A stretch of 64,000 bases of DNA from Octopus sinensis (Eukaryota). The position numbers were made by a program, and so were the translations under genes. Below the pieces are notes generated by a model. The model did no database searches, was not told the DNA's origin, and saw nothing but the letters and a program-made list of their open reading frames with translations. Below, one piece after another: positions 49,024-61,999 of the stretch. Positions within the stretch are counted from its first letter, which is position 1. Each line of letters begins with the position of its first letter. The DNA lies in assembly GCF_006345805.1 (NCBI RefSeq), contig NC_043008.1, forward strand, positions 34,534,001 to 34,598,000. Reading direction: 5' to 3'.

Positions 49024-52000
49024 AACCAGAAGAATTTCCTCTGACTGCTTGATGAATCTTGGTTTCAGGATTTAAAATGTTGGCATTTTTTGTATTGTAT
49101 GTAAAGCGGTATGTGGCTAATTCAAATGTAATGTTTTTGTTATGAAGAGTTCAACCAAATATAAAAATGTAGATGAGAACACCAATGATTATGCTTTATA
49201 TATAGTTTGTTTAATGCTAGTTATGAGCTTATATCTAAGTATATAACACATAACAAAGTTGAAAGTAATGCTCAAAATATTTGCAAAGATCTTTGCATAC
49301 ACATCAGTGTTTGCACAAAGCATATCCTGTTATTTGAAGAAATACAAAAAGAAAATGTGCTGTGGTATCAGTTAAATTTGTGTAGTTGTGTGGCCTAGTG
49401 ATTAGGATGTTGCACTCAAGATCAAAAAGTTATAGTTTGAATTCCCAGACTGGACAGTGCATTGTGTTCTTGAGTAAAACACTTCATTTCACATTGTTCC
49501 AGTGCACTCAGCTGCAAATAAGTAATCTTGCAATAAACAGTTGACATCCCATTCTAGAGGAGTGATCTTGGTTACTTATATGCTATGGAAACTGAGTAAC
49601 TGGCCCCACAGGTCCCAGATATTGAGGCAATAACGTCCATCAATTTAATTGTAATGATGCTTGTCAGCAGCAAAGCAACAACTGGTTGCATGTGTGTATT
49701 TCATACTGGAAAAGAGCAAAGAACTTGAGAGAAATTTTGAGTTTGCTAGCAATGGATAATATGTCAGTGACAAATAATTGTTATTCATGTGCATGTGAAC
49801 TGATGAAAGGGTTTGCTTTATTTTATATAATGTTTCTACTGGAAGCTTTGTACAAGATAAGCTACTCTTCTCGAATTCACTTCAGAATCAGTCACCTATA
49901 CTTGAAATTGTTCAATATTTATAAATATATGCATATTTAAGAGGGCTTCTTTCAGTTTCCATCTACCAAATCCACTCACATGGCTTTGGTCAGCTCGAGG
50001 CTATAGTAGAAGACACTTGCTGAAGGGGCCACGCAGTGGGTCTGAACCCGGAACCATGTGGTTGGTAAGCAAGCTACTTACCACACAGCCACTCCTAATG
50101 CATGATAAATTCAAAACAACATGAATAAATAACCATTATATTTGATAGAGTAATCTGAATGCTAAAGAGTTAAGTTTTATCACAAAAGAGTTTAACTTTT
50201 CTTTTTCTATTCATCACTGTTTCAATACTGACTGAATTGTGAACATAACAACTAATGAAAATAGAGTGACAAACAGACAGTCATTTGAAGCACAAATTCT
50301 TTATAAACTGTACTTTCCAATGATGACTTTCTAGCTTATCTAATCTAATTGCTCGATAAGGTCAGTTCTGTTAAACTATTCATGTTATATATTTGTGTTA
50401 TATTCTTCAAAATAAAATTGCAATCAATCATTTTCTCCCTTTATATTTTATTTTTCATTTGTTTTCTGGGGTTTTTTTCTTTATCTATCCAATTATTTTT
50501 ATATTTACTGTTCACTGAAATACTTAAATTGTTTGCACTCTTAATGATTCTTCACAGTCCTGTTGTCAGTAGTTCTTTCACTGAACCTAATTAAGATAAA
50601 CAATTCATGTTGAGTAAAAATAAATAGATGAATAAAGAAATAAATTAATTAATAAATTAATTATATGAAATAATGTACTGTGCAGAATCCTATATTCATA
50701 TCTTTGAACATTTGTATTTATATATTCCTCCACCTCTTCATCAACTTCATCACCACTACCACTGTCGTCATCATTGTCATCGTCGTTGTTATCATCAGTA
50801 CCAAATGCTGTTAGGTTCACATTTTTCTATAGTTTAATCAAAAAAAGGAACACTGCTGAGACTAGTGAAACCAGTGTAGTTTATGTTCTGTCACGTCACA
50901 AGTACAGGCATGGCTGTGTGGCTAAGAAGCTTGCTTCACAACTACATGGTTTCTGGTTCAATCATGCAGCATGACATCTAAAACAATAATTGTCTACCAT
51001 AGCCTAAAGTTGACCAAAGCCTTGTGAATAAAACTGGGTAGACAGAAACTTGAGAATGAAATTCAGGAAGAAGGAAATTCAGAATCTTGTTGAAGGATCT
51101 TCATTGTACTTGGTCAGTAGATTTAACCTGTTACCTGATTTAACACTGCGATCTGGTCTTTGAGTGCCTTTTGCAGAGTTCTTTTAGTCACAGGTTTTCA
51201 AATCAGGTGTCTGGTATCAGGCTAATTTTCCCTCTTCTTGCTGCTAGTCGGAAAAAGGTTATGGAAATTTTCATTCCTGTTCAGACTGAGACATTAAAAA
51301 TATTAATGCCTGCAGGAAATATGTCAGTAGGAAGGACATTCCAGGGGTTTGAAATTCATCATGTTATTGTTAAAGCAGTAAACTACTTGTAAGACAGTTA
51401 ACCCATGGAAAACGTCTTGCTGCCTTTGATTCAAATAGGTTAAGGATTAATTTTCACAAGGAAAATAATGGTCCCACAGGTACTCACATCCAGATTCCAA
51501 TTTCTTCACAGCTAAGAATCAAAGGCAAGGAATTTACAAAAATTCTTGCAATAGCATCAAAATTTGTGTTGCTGAACATCCTAGAAAACATATCCAGATG
51601 CCTATAAATCCTTAAAAACAACTAAATAGATGGAATGGTCAGGGACAGATTGTTTTGGTCAAAGTTAGATAAGAACATTGATGTCTGAATTCTGATGAAT
51701 GAAGCTTGTTGTCTTTGATATTGCTGTTGTTTATTATCACTAGATCAGTCTTGACTAAACAAAGCTATAATAGAAAACATTTAAGTTGTGATCATACCAT
51801 TCTTGTACATGGCATAATATATCTAGGAATAAATAATCCTGCAGAGATATATCTCTCTTTTTTAAGGTAAAAAAATGATGAGATTTGAAGGAGATTTGGT
51901 TGTTGTTTCTAGCACGTTGAGTGATGATATAGAAGTATGTCAAACAAAGATTGCTTTATCAACAAGATGGCTACAAGTATGAGATAGTCACGGAATAAGA

Positions 52001-52589
52001 TCAGTAAAATTGATTCATGCTAGTTACAATTTTATAACCTAAACATTTCTTGTTTAAATACAACATTGATAGAATGAGGTTTTTATGTTCTGAAACTGAT
52101 GAAACAATATTTATTGAAATAAACACGGTAGTCAAAGAATCTTGTTGCTGTTATTTTGAACAAATGTCTGACCTGATCAGAGAGACCTATGACCAAGAGC
52201 TTTCCAGCTGTGCCCACCCTGTATTTCCTATTTCAGTAAGTAGTGTGTGATTTATGGGATATTAAGCTGTTTCTAGTATGTCAAGTGGCCAGTAAAGGCT
52301 TCTTTAGTTGGCTCAAGCTAATTATAGTAGCTACTATCATTATATTTGTTCTCCTTCAGAACATCTCTGATTGAGCAGACCTATAATTAAAGACACTCCA
52401 GCCATAACCATTATGTCATTCATTCAGATATCTATGACTGCAATATTCAATAAATCCTTCACATTTTTAAGACTTTGAGGACTGACATGATGGAGATCTG
52501 GCAACTATTTCTATCAGGCCAAGGCTTTCTCACTAGTTTGTAATGCTATAGTTGTTTCTATTGATGACTTCAGTTGTTGTTGGCATTCT

Positions 52590-52708
52590 TCTTCTTCTTC
52601 TTCTTCTTCTTCTTCTTCTTCTTCTTCTTCTTCTCTTCTTCTTCTTCTTCTTCTTCTTCTTCTTCTTCTTCTTCTTCTTCTTCTTCTTCTTCTTCTTCTT
52701 CTTCTTTC

Positions 52709-52775
<67 letters not shown>
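52590..52775. repeat. (CTT)n-(ATT)n microsatellite
   Basis: Directly visible. Confidence 0.95.
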
Positions 52776-52777
<2 letters not shown>

Positions 52778-52779
52778 TT

Positions 52780-53175
52780 TATTGTCTTTGCACAGCTTCT
52801 AACGCTGGAGATAGGTAGTACCCCTTATTTTTCAGCACCATCCAGAGTATTCAACTGGTTCCAAGCAGTACTGTTTTCTGCAAGTGCTCCACCCTTATTG
52901 CAGCCCCTATTTATTCCGTGTATTTCTCAAGACTTTTACTCACTGTTCCCAGGGCTCCATCAATGATTGGTACTACTACCACCATTTTCATCGACCACTG
53001 CTGCTTAACCTCCCACACTAACCAGTCATGTCTACTGACTTTTCTTTCTTCCTTACTGCAGACCTTGTTGTCAGCTGGGCATGCTATATCTATGATCCAG
53101 CATTGTTTGCTTTCTTTCTCAATTAAGACTTTGTATGGCTTCCTATTCTCTATCTCATGGTTGCACTGAATCATA
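52780..53175 (-). mobile_element. R4/Dong-type RLE non-LTR retrotransposon, 5'-truncated 3' end (copy B)
   Basis: NRKP..VLIEK...CWIIDIACPAD..V..KEE.K...VVVPII.GALGTV, ...LLGT..IL; 3' end runs into (AAT)n. Confidence 0.85.
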
Positions 53176-53189
53176 AAATCATATTATTG

Positions 53190-53486
53190 TTATTGTTGTT
53201 GTTGTTGTTGTTTTTATCTCAGGTTTTATTGTAATTCCTGGAGTCTTGCATGCATAGCAGGCTTGCTGCCTGCAACCTACAGTACCATTCTATCTGTTCT
53301 TTTCAACTATCTAATACTTTCCTGATTATTTTAGCCATGCCAAGGAGGTGAAATTTTTGTAACAGTTCTACTGGGCACTCTATTCTGGTTTCCTTGATAT
53401 TCCTCTTGATGCCCTCTGATACTGTCCCCAAGGAACCAACAATGATTGGCACTATTTTCACTGTCTTCATTTTCCATAGCCAGAGG

Positions 53487-53538
<52 letters not shown>

Positions 53539-53769
53539 ACAATTAAGGATAACTTCTTAATAAGGAATCTTAACAAGAAATTATCAGGTAGTTAGCGTGA
53601 AAAACCTCATAAGAGAAAAGAATTCGAAAATAATTTTTTTCCTTTTGAACAAATTAATTATATTTGCTTTGAAGAACTGCATTAGGTATGATTAGTGTAA
53701 TTTTGGTAGTAATGACTTTGTCCCTCTTAGTGTGAGGCATTTATGTGTAATAATGCCCTCTATACAATA

Positions 53770-53801
<32 letters not shown>

Positions 53802-54750
53802 CTTTTTCACCTTCCTTCTTGACTATTCATAAGTCAAAGCAACATGCATCATCAGCTATATAACACATGTGGTGCAGTTTGTCCACCACCACTAGGTCCA
53901 GTCTGTTATGCTCTAGCACCTGATTTGTTTGGACTGAGAAATCCCAAAGGATTTTGCTGGTCTCTGACTCCACCACTCTCTGCATTTTGTATTCATACCA
54001 AGTCTTGCTTCTCTCTAGCCTCTACTTTTTGCACAGTTTCCATTGTAGCACTTTTATTACCTCATTGTGTTGCCACAACTTGTAGTGGTTTTGGGCAAGT
54101 CTGGGGCATCTGTTTGCAATATAGGCAATGGTTTCATTCATTCTATTACAGATGTGACACAGAGGAGACACTTGCTCATTCCTAAGGTTGACCCTCCAAT
54201 TTGTGGCCAAAGCTTGGTCTTTCACTGGCAATATGATGCTCTTTCTCTCCTTTTTACTCAGTGCTCCTTTCTTCAGCCAGTTCCACCCAGGTTTTTCAGC
54301 AACTTCAGTTGTGGCTACATGGAATTGATTGTGTAGTCCCTAGTTGTATAATGCTTCTTCATGTCCTTTCTTGTCTTCGTTTTTTCCTTTTTCTCTGCTT
54401 TCAATATGCCCTCATCCTGAAATGACACTAACATAGTTTCCTTATTTTAGGATAAGTATCTCAGTAAGCTCCTGAATTCAATATTTATGCAGTCTTCCAC
54501 ACTTTTCTGTCCCCTTCCACCATTTGCTCTCTTCATGTACAGTGTCAGCATGTAGATGATAGGCTCCATGCATTGTTATTAGCTTTCTTGTCTTCCTGTC
54601 CAACTCCTTTGGCTCATCATCTGTCCACTTCAGAATTCCACTGCCATACCAACCAGCATGAATGCATGTGGATTTATTGCCAAAATTATGTTTCTGGCAT
54701 TCAGCTTTGAGTCCAATATTTTTCTCAATCACTGTAAGTACTCTTTCTTT
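53190..54750 (-). mobile_element. R4/Dong-type retrotransposon 3' half (copy A): post-RT region, CCHC knuckle, RLE
   Basis: ELDRKTRKLITMHGAYH; CHICNRMNETIAYIANRCPRLAQ.HYK.WQHN; ILWDF...HNRLDLVVVD; VPIIVGSLGTV...LLG.A.I.RKVL; tail (AAC/AAT)n. Confidence 0.88.
53535..53770. mobile_element. (TA)n-flanked non-coding element inserted in the R4 ORF
   Basis: Reverse complement matches 16520-16630 joined to 16775-16885. Confidence 0.8.
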
Positions 54751-54771
54751 GTCTTTTCTTTTATATTATTA

Positions 54772-55790
54772 TTATTGCCTCCACCTTAGTGAAGGCAAAG
54801 GTAGTGTTTTCAGTTGTGCTTGTGATATCTCAAGAACCAGTGGAGAAATTCAAATGAAACTTTCAGAGATGTTTGATCTTGTGACTGGCATGAACTGATT
54901 AGATTTTGGGATTGATCCAGTACTGGACAAGGGTTCTGGATTATTAGTTACATTTACTTTACTTTACATGAAGTATTAAGATCTTACGTTGACTTTCAAG
55001 TCTTTCTCTGATTATCTCCCTTGAAAGCATGCTTATGATTTCCACGTAAGTTATGGCAGTGTTGCTGTTTCTGAAGTTTTATTTTCATTTCTGTATTATT
55101 AATTTTAGTCGCATCTCTATCTTAGTAGAAACTAATGTATAAAGAAATCAAACTACATAAACAAACAGCGGCAAAGCCATTCAGAAAATAAATAACATTA
55201 ACATATTCAGTAACAATAATGAATTTAAATTATCTTCAACAATTTTTAGTTTTACCAATTTTGAAATATATCACCCGTAGCTATTCTTACCTACTTGTCA
55301 TTTCTAGCTCTGCCTTGAAGGAAGCTTTACTTCTTGGTCTCACGTTTTTGTGCACAACAATGTTATTAAACTTGTGTTAACAGCACCATATGCAGGTCCT
55401 TTCCATTTTCTTTCATGCACAGATAAATTTATCACTATAGACCTTAATGAGTGTAAATACACTATATCAGTGGATAGACTAAAAAAACCTTCATAGAGAA
55501 AACTGTCTCTGTTCCCACTGCAGACAACACACACACATCAATACAAACACAACCCACCTTCACATTCCATAACTACCATTGGGATCGATTAGGTACCGGA
55601 CAAGGATTCTGGATTATTTTTCTGGTTTTTTCACTTAATTTTTGAGAGTGGTCGGGTTCATTTTTTAGTATTCTCTTTTGTGAGAGCAACTGAGTTTATT
55701 TCAGATATTCCCATTTTAAAAATCCAGCTAATCATTGAAAGGACATTGGTGTTGCCTTGGCAGAGGTTTGCACTCTGTGAGTGCCCTTGT
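54772..55790 (+). mobile_element. Helentron/HINE-like non-autonomous element with internal insert
   Basis: 5' ttattgcctccacctt-agtg-aaggcaaagg; 3' ccttggcagagg followed by hairpin gcactct-gt-gagtgc, resembling the subTIR + 3' stem-loop layout of HINE/DINE-1. Confidence 0.65.
55335..55496 (+). mobile_element. Ty3/gypsy integrase C-terminal fragment
   Basis: Manual translation SHVFVHNNVIKLVLTAPYAGPFHFLSCTDKFITIDLNECKYTISVDRLKKPS* (cf. HVF...PY.GP...VS.DRLKP). Confidence 0.75.
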
Positions 55791-55796
55791 AATTAC

Positions 55797-55841
<45 letters not shown>

Positions 55842-56392
55842 GCAATTTCAGTGCAGCCCAGATCCAGTAGACACATGATGAAAGAAAGATATTTCACTCA
55901 TTTTCTTTTGTTTCACATATGGAGTAACTAAGACTAAATTATCAATATGTCTTATTTTCTTGTCCAATAGAAGTGTGTGATTTGAGAAATATTTGGTTGT
56001 AACTTTCAGCAGACTACATGACCACATAAAAACAATGATTTTTTAATGCTTTGGTCTGGTTTCTTACAGTCTTGTATATTTCAAGTATGTATCAGTACAG
56101 TTTCTGATTAATATAAAACTGTGAAAGAAACCTTTTTTTTAAATTTTTTATTCTGTCTCAGAAACTTGGCAACAAAAATCACTTCAAGCATTGAAGCCTT
56201 CAACAATTGAATAAATATATGAATAAAATAGATAATTCAAGTAAGAAATGTGATCTGAGCAATATTGTGAAAAAGGAAAAAAGATAACAATGGTTACAGA
56301 CTGGAATAAATATTTTTTCTTTAACTCTTTCCATTCAGCATCTAAAACATAAATATATATGCAACTGAAGAAATTGATTATGGTAATAGCTT

Positions 56393-56446
<54 letters not shown>

Positions 56447-56569
56447 ATATATTATTATCATCATCATCATCATCATTATAATCATTATTGCTAAAAAAAA
56501 TTATTATTATCTAAAACAGTTTGATTCAGCTCCATGTGACTTAAAGTTTTGCAGACTTCTAACAGAAAC

Positions 56570-56910
56570 TGATCTCGTTCAAGTTGAGACTACCAAATGA
56601 AGAAACCCAAGAAGTCCTAGATGGCGACAGGAAATCCAAGATGACTACTGGAAAATGGGCTGCTATTGGTCACACACACTCACCAGCCTCGCCTCTATCA
56701 GCTCCCAGACACTAAGATGCTACCGGCTTCCTCTCTAGCTATGCAGCCCAAGAAATTTTCCTTTCTAACACATCTGGTGTCGCTGGATTGATGATCCCAC
56801 CTTAAACCACACCATGTAATCCACCTTGAGTAATAACAGCCCATTTTCTGGTAGCTATCTTGGACTTCTTGTGTTTCTTCATTTGGTAATGTAAGCCTGA
56901 ATGAGATGGG
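56570..56910. repeat. ~75-bp inverted repeat pair, possible MITE
   Basis: taccaaatgaagaaacccaagaagtcc...gaaaatgggctgctatt mirrored by aataacagcccattttc...ggacttcttgtgtttcttcatttggta. Confidence 0.7.
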
Positions 56911-57496
56911 TTCTTGGTAGAAGCCTGTGAAACTTTAGATCACATAGAACCAAACCAAACTGTTTTAAATAATAATGTATATAACTCCTTCCAAATGTGT
57001 TTGAGCACCTTTTTCGTTGTCTACTCACTTGTATGCATATATATATATATATAAATTTAAAATGAGGGTGAGAAATTGGATATTAATTCAATTAAATTAA
57101 CATCACCAGTGGTCTAGCATATTAAAAATCTGAAGGTTCAGTAAATTGTATTATATACAAATGAGAGGGATGACCACTATGTGGACAACCCTTATGCTAG
57201 AAGTAGATCCGCTATGGTCTTACCACTAAGAAGTGTTCTCAAGAAAAATTTAGCAAACACCAGAATGTAAGCGAGCAACACAAATGAAAAGTAACAAAAT
57301 ATAGATTATTCACATACATGTTTCACAATTAACAGATTACGTAATTTTACTTACGCAATTTGTCCGTAGATCTTCAGTGTGACCATCCATACAAATATAA
57401 TTTGCAGAACTATATACTAGGACGTCTGCACGAGGTCAGACTTGTATCCAGTTCTACCAATTACACTTGTGGTTATTTTTCAAAAGTCCTCGTTTT

Positions 57497-57902
57497 GGCG
57501 CACAGGAGTGGCTGTGTGGTAAGTAGCTTGCTAACCAACCACATGGTTCCGGGTTCATTCCCACTGCGTGGCATCTTGGGCAAGTGTCCTCTGCTATAGC
57601 CTCAGGCCGACCAATGCCTTGTGAGTGGATTTGGTAGACGGAAACTGAAAGAAGCCTGTCGTATATATGTATATATATATATGTATGTGTGTGTATGTGT
57701 TTGTGTGTCTGTGTTTGTATCCCTAGCATTGCTTGACAACCGATGCTGGTGTGTTTACGTCCCCGTCACTTAGCGGTTCAGCAAAAGAGACCGATAGAAT
57801 AAGTACTGGGCTTACAAAGAATAAGTCCCGGGGTCGATTTGCTCAACTAAAGGCGGTGCTCCAGCATGGCCGCAGTCAAATGACTGAAACAAGTAAAAGA
57901 GT
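57497..57902 (+). mobile_element. SINE family A, full length
   Basis: Matches 48596-49023. Confidence 0.92.
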
Positions 57903-58361
57903 AGATGTTATTTAATTAAATTAATATCCAATTTCTCACCCTCATTTAAAATTTAAATTTAGATTGATACATTCTCTAACTGGCAAAAGCCACTGCAGTA
58001 AATTATCTTCTCCAGTATTATTTTCCAGTAATTTAGCACGCCAAATTACTACACATAGATACAACAATTATTACAATAAAGGCAGTAATTGAAGATGGCG
58101 ATAGAAGACTGAAGAAGAACCTGTTCACCAAAGATTACAAGTGAGCAATGGACTCTCTGGAAAGTCGTTCAGCATGACAGAACATTGCTGAGGAAGGCCA
58201 GATCACATAGTGTAGTTTTCTATGCGGCTGTCAATGTGAACAGCGCTGGAAATTGGTACCACCCCTGCCCTGCATAGGCCTCTGTAACCTCTGAGTCTGT
58301 TAATATAACAATGACAAATAGTAAAAAAATAAAAACAATAATATCAGTAATATTAATGATG

Positions 58362-58428
<67 letters not shown>

Positions 58429-58429
58429 A

Positions 58430-59815
58430 AGGAAACAGGTGGAGCCTCCCCATGTCCTGATTAATGAAACATGTAGTGATGGTGTCACAATAAAAACACT
58501 GGTAACTGTGCAACCTGATAATCGCTACCTCATATGAGTGACAATGAAAAATCAAAATATTGTGAATAACGGTGGTAATGAAACTAAAGCCATTGACGGT
58601 GACAGTGTTGCACCCAGCAGGCTCAGAGATTCTGGTCCGGCTCCAGCCTGTCGATATCCAGAAAGGGACCACCACACATGGTGTAGATGGAGCAAGTAAA
58701 TTAATGCTGTGGTCATGGAGTATTACTACCTAAGCAACCTGGTAGATGAAAATGGTGCTCAAATTAGGGGCTACCGACAACATATGTATGATCATTGGAA
58801 GGAAGAGGGAACAGAAACTATGTGATCAAGCTGGAGCAATAAAAAAATCGTTGGTTCACAGAAGTAGAGCTTGAAGCTATCAAAAGATGGGTCTTGCAAA
58901 ATAGCAGCAGAGATAATGATGAAAATAGCACAGGAAAGGAGCAGTGGTAGTTTACTTGATGATAGACATATAGATGATCTAAAAGAAGACGATAAAACTA
59001 ATGGTGACATGGCAGATGAAGTCAATCTACGACAGAATAAAGACAAGACTACAGAAGAACGATAGCGACATTATTTGCAACCTTAAAAAGATTAATCAGT
59101 GAAAATTGAACCAAGAGACAAAAAATGTCAATGAAATTCTGAAATACATCAGAACAAACAACATCACAGAAACAAATAATTTGATTAAGGCAGCAGGTAT
59201 TGTTATAGCAGAAAACGTGGGTGTTGATGTCAATAAAAAGAAATATAATGGGAGTGTCAAAAGAAAAGATCCATGGGGAAAAGAAGAATCCAGGCAGGGC
59301 TAGATATGCTCTTGAAGGAAAAGTTAGACTGAAAATACAAAGGGAAGCTTAAAAGCGAACAAAAATATAGGGCACTGAAAAGGAAGTATATATTGAAAGA
59401 AAGGACCTGAAAGTGGTAATGAAGGAATTGAAACAGCACCTCATTGCAACGAAAGCAAAGATACAGCCAAAAAATGAAGGGTTACCACCAGAACAGGTTA
59501 TTGAGAGTAGATCAGAAGAGATTCTATAAAGAAATAAATGGAGAGTGTACAGATGAAAAGTTGATACTAGATAAAGTCAAAGGTTTTGGAGTGACATCTG
59601 GAGCAAAGACAAAGAACACAAGAAGGATGCTGAATGGATGCAAGAACTGAAACAAGCAGTAGTCTGTCCACAACAGGCAGAACTATTCATTTCTTGGAAC
59701 TGTCTGTCTGAGGTCCTTGTTGTGACTTGACAAACAGCACAAACCCCCAGTAGATACAATATCTTCAATCAACAACCTCACGATATTGTATACTGTGTGA
59801 CATCTATAATAACAA
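58430..59815 (+). mobile_element. R4/Dong-type element, N-terminal region, apparently internally deleted (copy C)
   Basis: RWSK*INAVVMEYYYLS..GYRQHMY...EQKLCDQA..IK.NRWFTEVELEAIK; NNITETNNLIKAA; YHQNRL..VDQKRFYKEING; (AAT)n on both sides. Confidence 0.8.
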
Positions 59816-59836
59816 TAATAATAATAATAACAACAA

Positions 59837-59972
59837 CACCATGTCATGCACATATGGTTGTAATGCATGTGCCTGGTATACCTTTATTGGACGGGTAATC
59901 ATGATGGATATACTGGGCTTCATATATTTGTTACTCAGTGTCACTTTGATGGTATGCACTGCTCTCTCACAC
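59837..59972 (+). mobile_element. (TAA)n-embedded non-coding retroposon family, copy 3 (3' end only)
   Basis: Matches 5590-5757; (AAT)n on both sides. Confidence 0.8.
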
Positions 59973-61439
59973 AATAATAATAATAATGTAAGTAAAATGT
60001 CAACTGCTTTGGGCCCAAAATCATGTGGTCCCACTTTGTCTATATATGTGTGTGTGCAAATATAAGGACACAGAAAATGTGTCAAAGCCGACATGAAACG
60101 TCAATGTTTCCTAGGGCTAAATGGCGGTGGTGTAATTCCCTTACAGGACTATCACATTGAGTTGACAGTATACAACCACTATATATATATATATATATAT
60201 ACATACATGCAAATCAAAGAAAATATAAATAAAAATCAAGAAATGTCCAAGGGTGTTCACTGTTAATATTATCAGGTTGACAAGCTGGTAGAATTGTTAG
60301 CATGCTGGGTAAAATATTTAGTGACATTTTGTCCGTTTTTATGTTCTGAGTTCAAATTCTGCCATGGATATGAGAAGAAAGTCCAGGAGAGATGGAAGAG
60401 AAAGAAGAAAGACAGATAGAAGAAAGTCCTGCAGGAGAGACAGAGAAGAGAAAGAAGAAAGACAGGAGACAAAAAAGAGTAAGAAAGCCAGGAAAAAAAA
60501 CAAAAAAAAAGAAACACATGATCAATTTTCTTCAGCTGCATATGTATTTATGTTTTAGATATTTGCCTGAACAGAAAGAGTTAAAGAAAAAAATTATTAT
60601 TCCAGACTTTAACCATTTTTTTTTATTTCCTTTGCCACAATATTGCTCAGATCACAATTTCTTACTTGCATTATCTATTTTATTCATATATTTATTTAAT
60701 TGTTGAAGGCTTCACTGCTTGAAGTGATTCCTGTTGCCAACTCTCTGAGTCAGGAAAAATTATGGCTTCTTTTCAGAGTTTTACAGTTCCATTAATCAGA
60801 GAATGTTCAGGTACCTGCTCTGAACACAAAAACACGACATTAAACGTGAGTTTGTGCAGTCTCCTTATCTGCTAGAAATTACAACCAAATTTTCCTCAAA
60901 TCACAACTACTATTGTAAAAATGAAAACAAAATAGCATACTGGATAATGTAGTCCAAATAACACTTTGAGTGAGGAAAAAATCCCAAGAAAATAGGATAA
61001 TCACTGAATTATTACTCGGCTGACCTAGGTTTAATCAACGATAATCATAGCAACATTTACAACGCCGCACTGAGAGCATGTTCAGAACTTTGTGGTTATG
61101 AAATGAGCATCTACCCTACACATTTATGTCATGTATGCTATAGTCACTCTACGACCAGACATTAACTTTTTTACCTTAATATATATATATATATATGAGC
61201 AAAATGCCTTCCATCCAATGGACAGTGCTGAATCATATCTGCTGAATAAAAAGTAATCAGTGTTTACTTTTCATTAAAAAATAATTAAGCATGCCTTTAT
61301 TTCAATAACATTTTTGGTTTTGTTAAATGAAGTTAAGACAAAACAAAAACTTCTTGAGAAACCAAATAGTCTTTCCTTCCTTCATGCTAAGTTTGAAGAA
61401 AATATCTCTTTTGCATCTTACTTTTTTGGTCTCTTAAAT

Positions 61440-61742
61440 ATACTGCATTTGTGGTATTATTTCAAGCCGGGCGGCTTTTTTTGCGCAAACTGCATGTGCA
61501 TTTTTCTCGCATACGCGTAGTATCGATCACAACAGCTGATGTACTCGTATGTACAAATGTACGTTTCCACGGCTTTATCGATTGCATCCTCACCTGGAAT
61601 CGATTTTTGTCATTTTTTCAAGACTTATACACGCCCTGATAGCGTCAGTATCTACATATCGAAGTTGAGCACAATCGGATGGATGATGCCCGAGATCCTA
61701 GAAGGCACACACAGAGACAGACAGAACGGATTTTATATAATA
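61440..61742 (-). mobile_element. Helitron-type non-autonomous 5' fragment
   Basis: Minus strand tatataaaatccgttctgtctgtctctgtgtgtg...catccgattgtgctcaacttcg resembles common Helitron 5' ends; locally CpG-rich; abuts (TA)n. Confidence 0.55.
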
Positions 61743-61753
61743 TATATATATAT

Positions 61754-61788
<35 letters not shown>

Positions 61789-61826
61789 ATATATATATGT
61801 ATATATATATATATATATATATGTAT

Positions 61827-61858
<32 letters not shown>

Positions 61859-61879
61859 TATATGTATTTATATATATAT

Positions 61880-61953
<74 letters not shown>

Positions 61954-61999
61954 TAGGCAAGGCATGTATGCCTATATATCTATATACCTACACTTATTT

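Noticed and set aside
51140-51330. Good minus-strand branch point and acceptor (tactgac...cctgcag)
   Set aside because: All three frames hit stops within about 12 codons.
58108-58135. CTGAAGA-A-GAAC-CT-GTTC partial hammerhead
   Set aside because: GAAA and stem III are missing; at best a broken remnant.
52780-59815. R4 5' part (plus) and 3' part (minus) as one element broken by an inversion
   Set aside because: The central RT is missing from both and copy C seems to have its own 3' end; independent copies are simpler.
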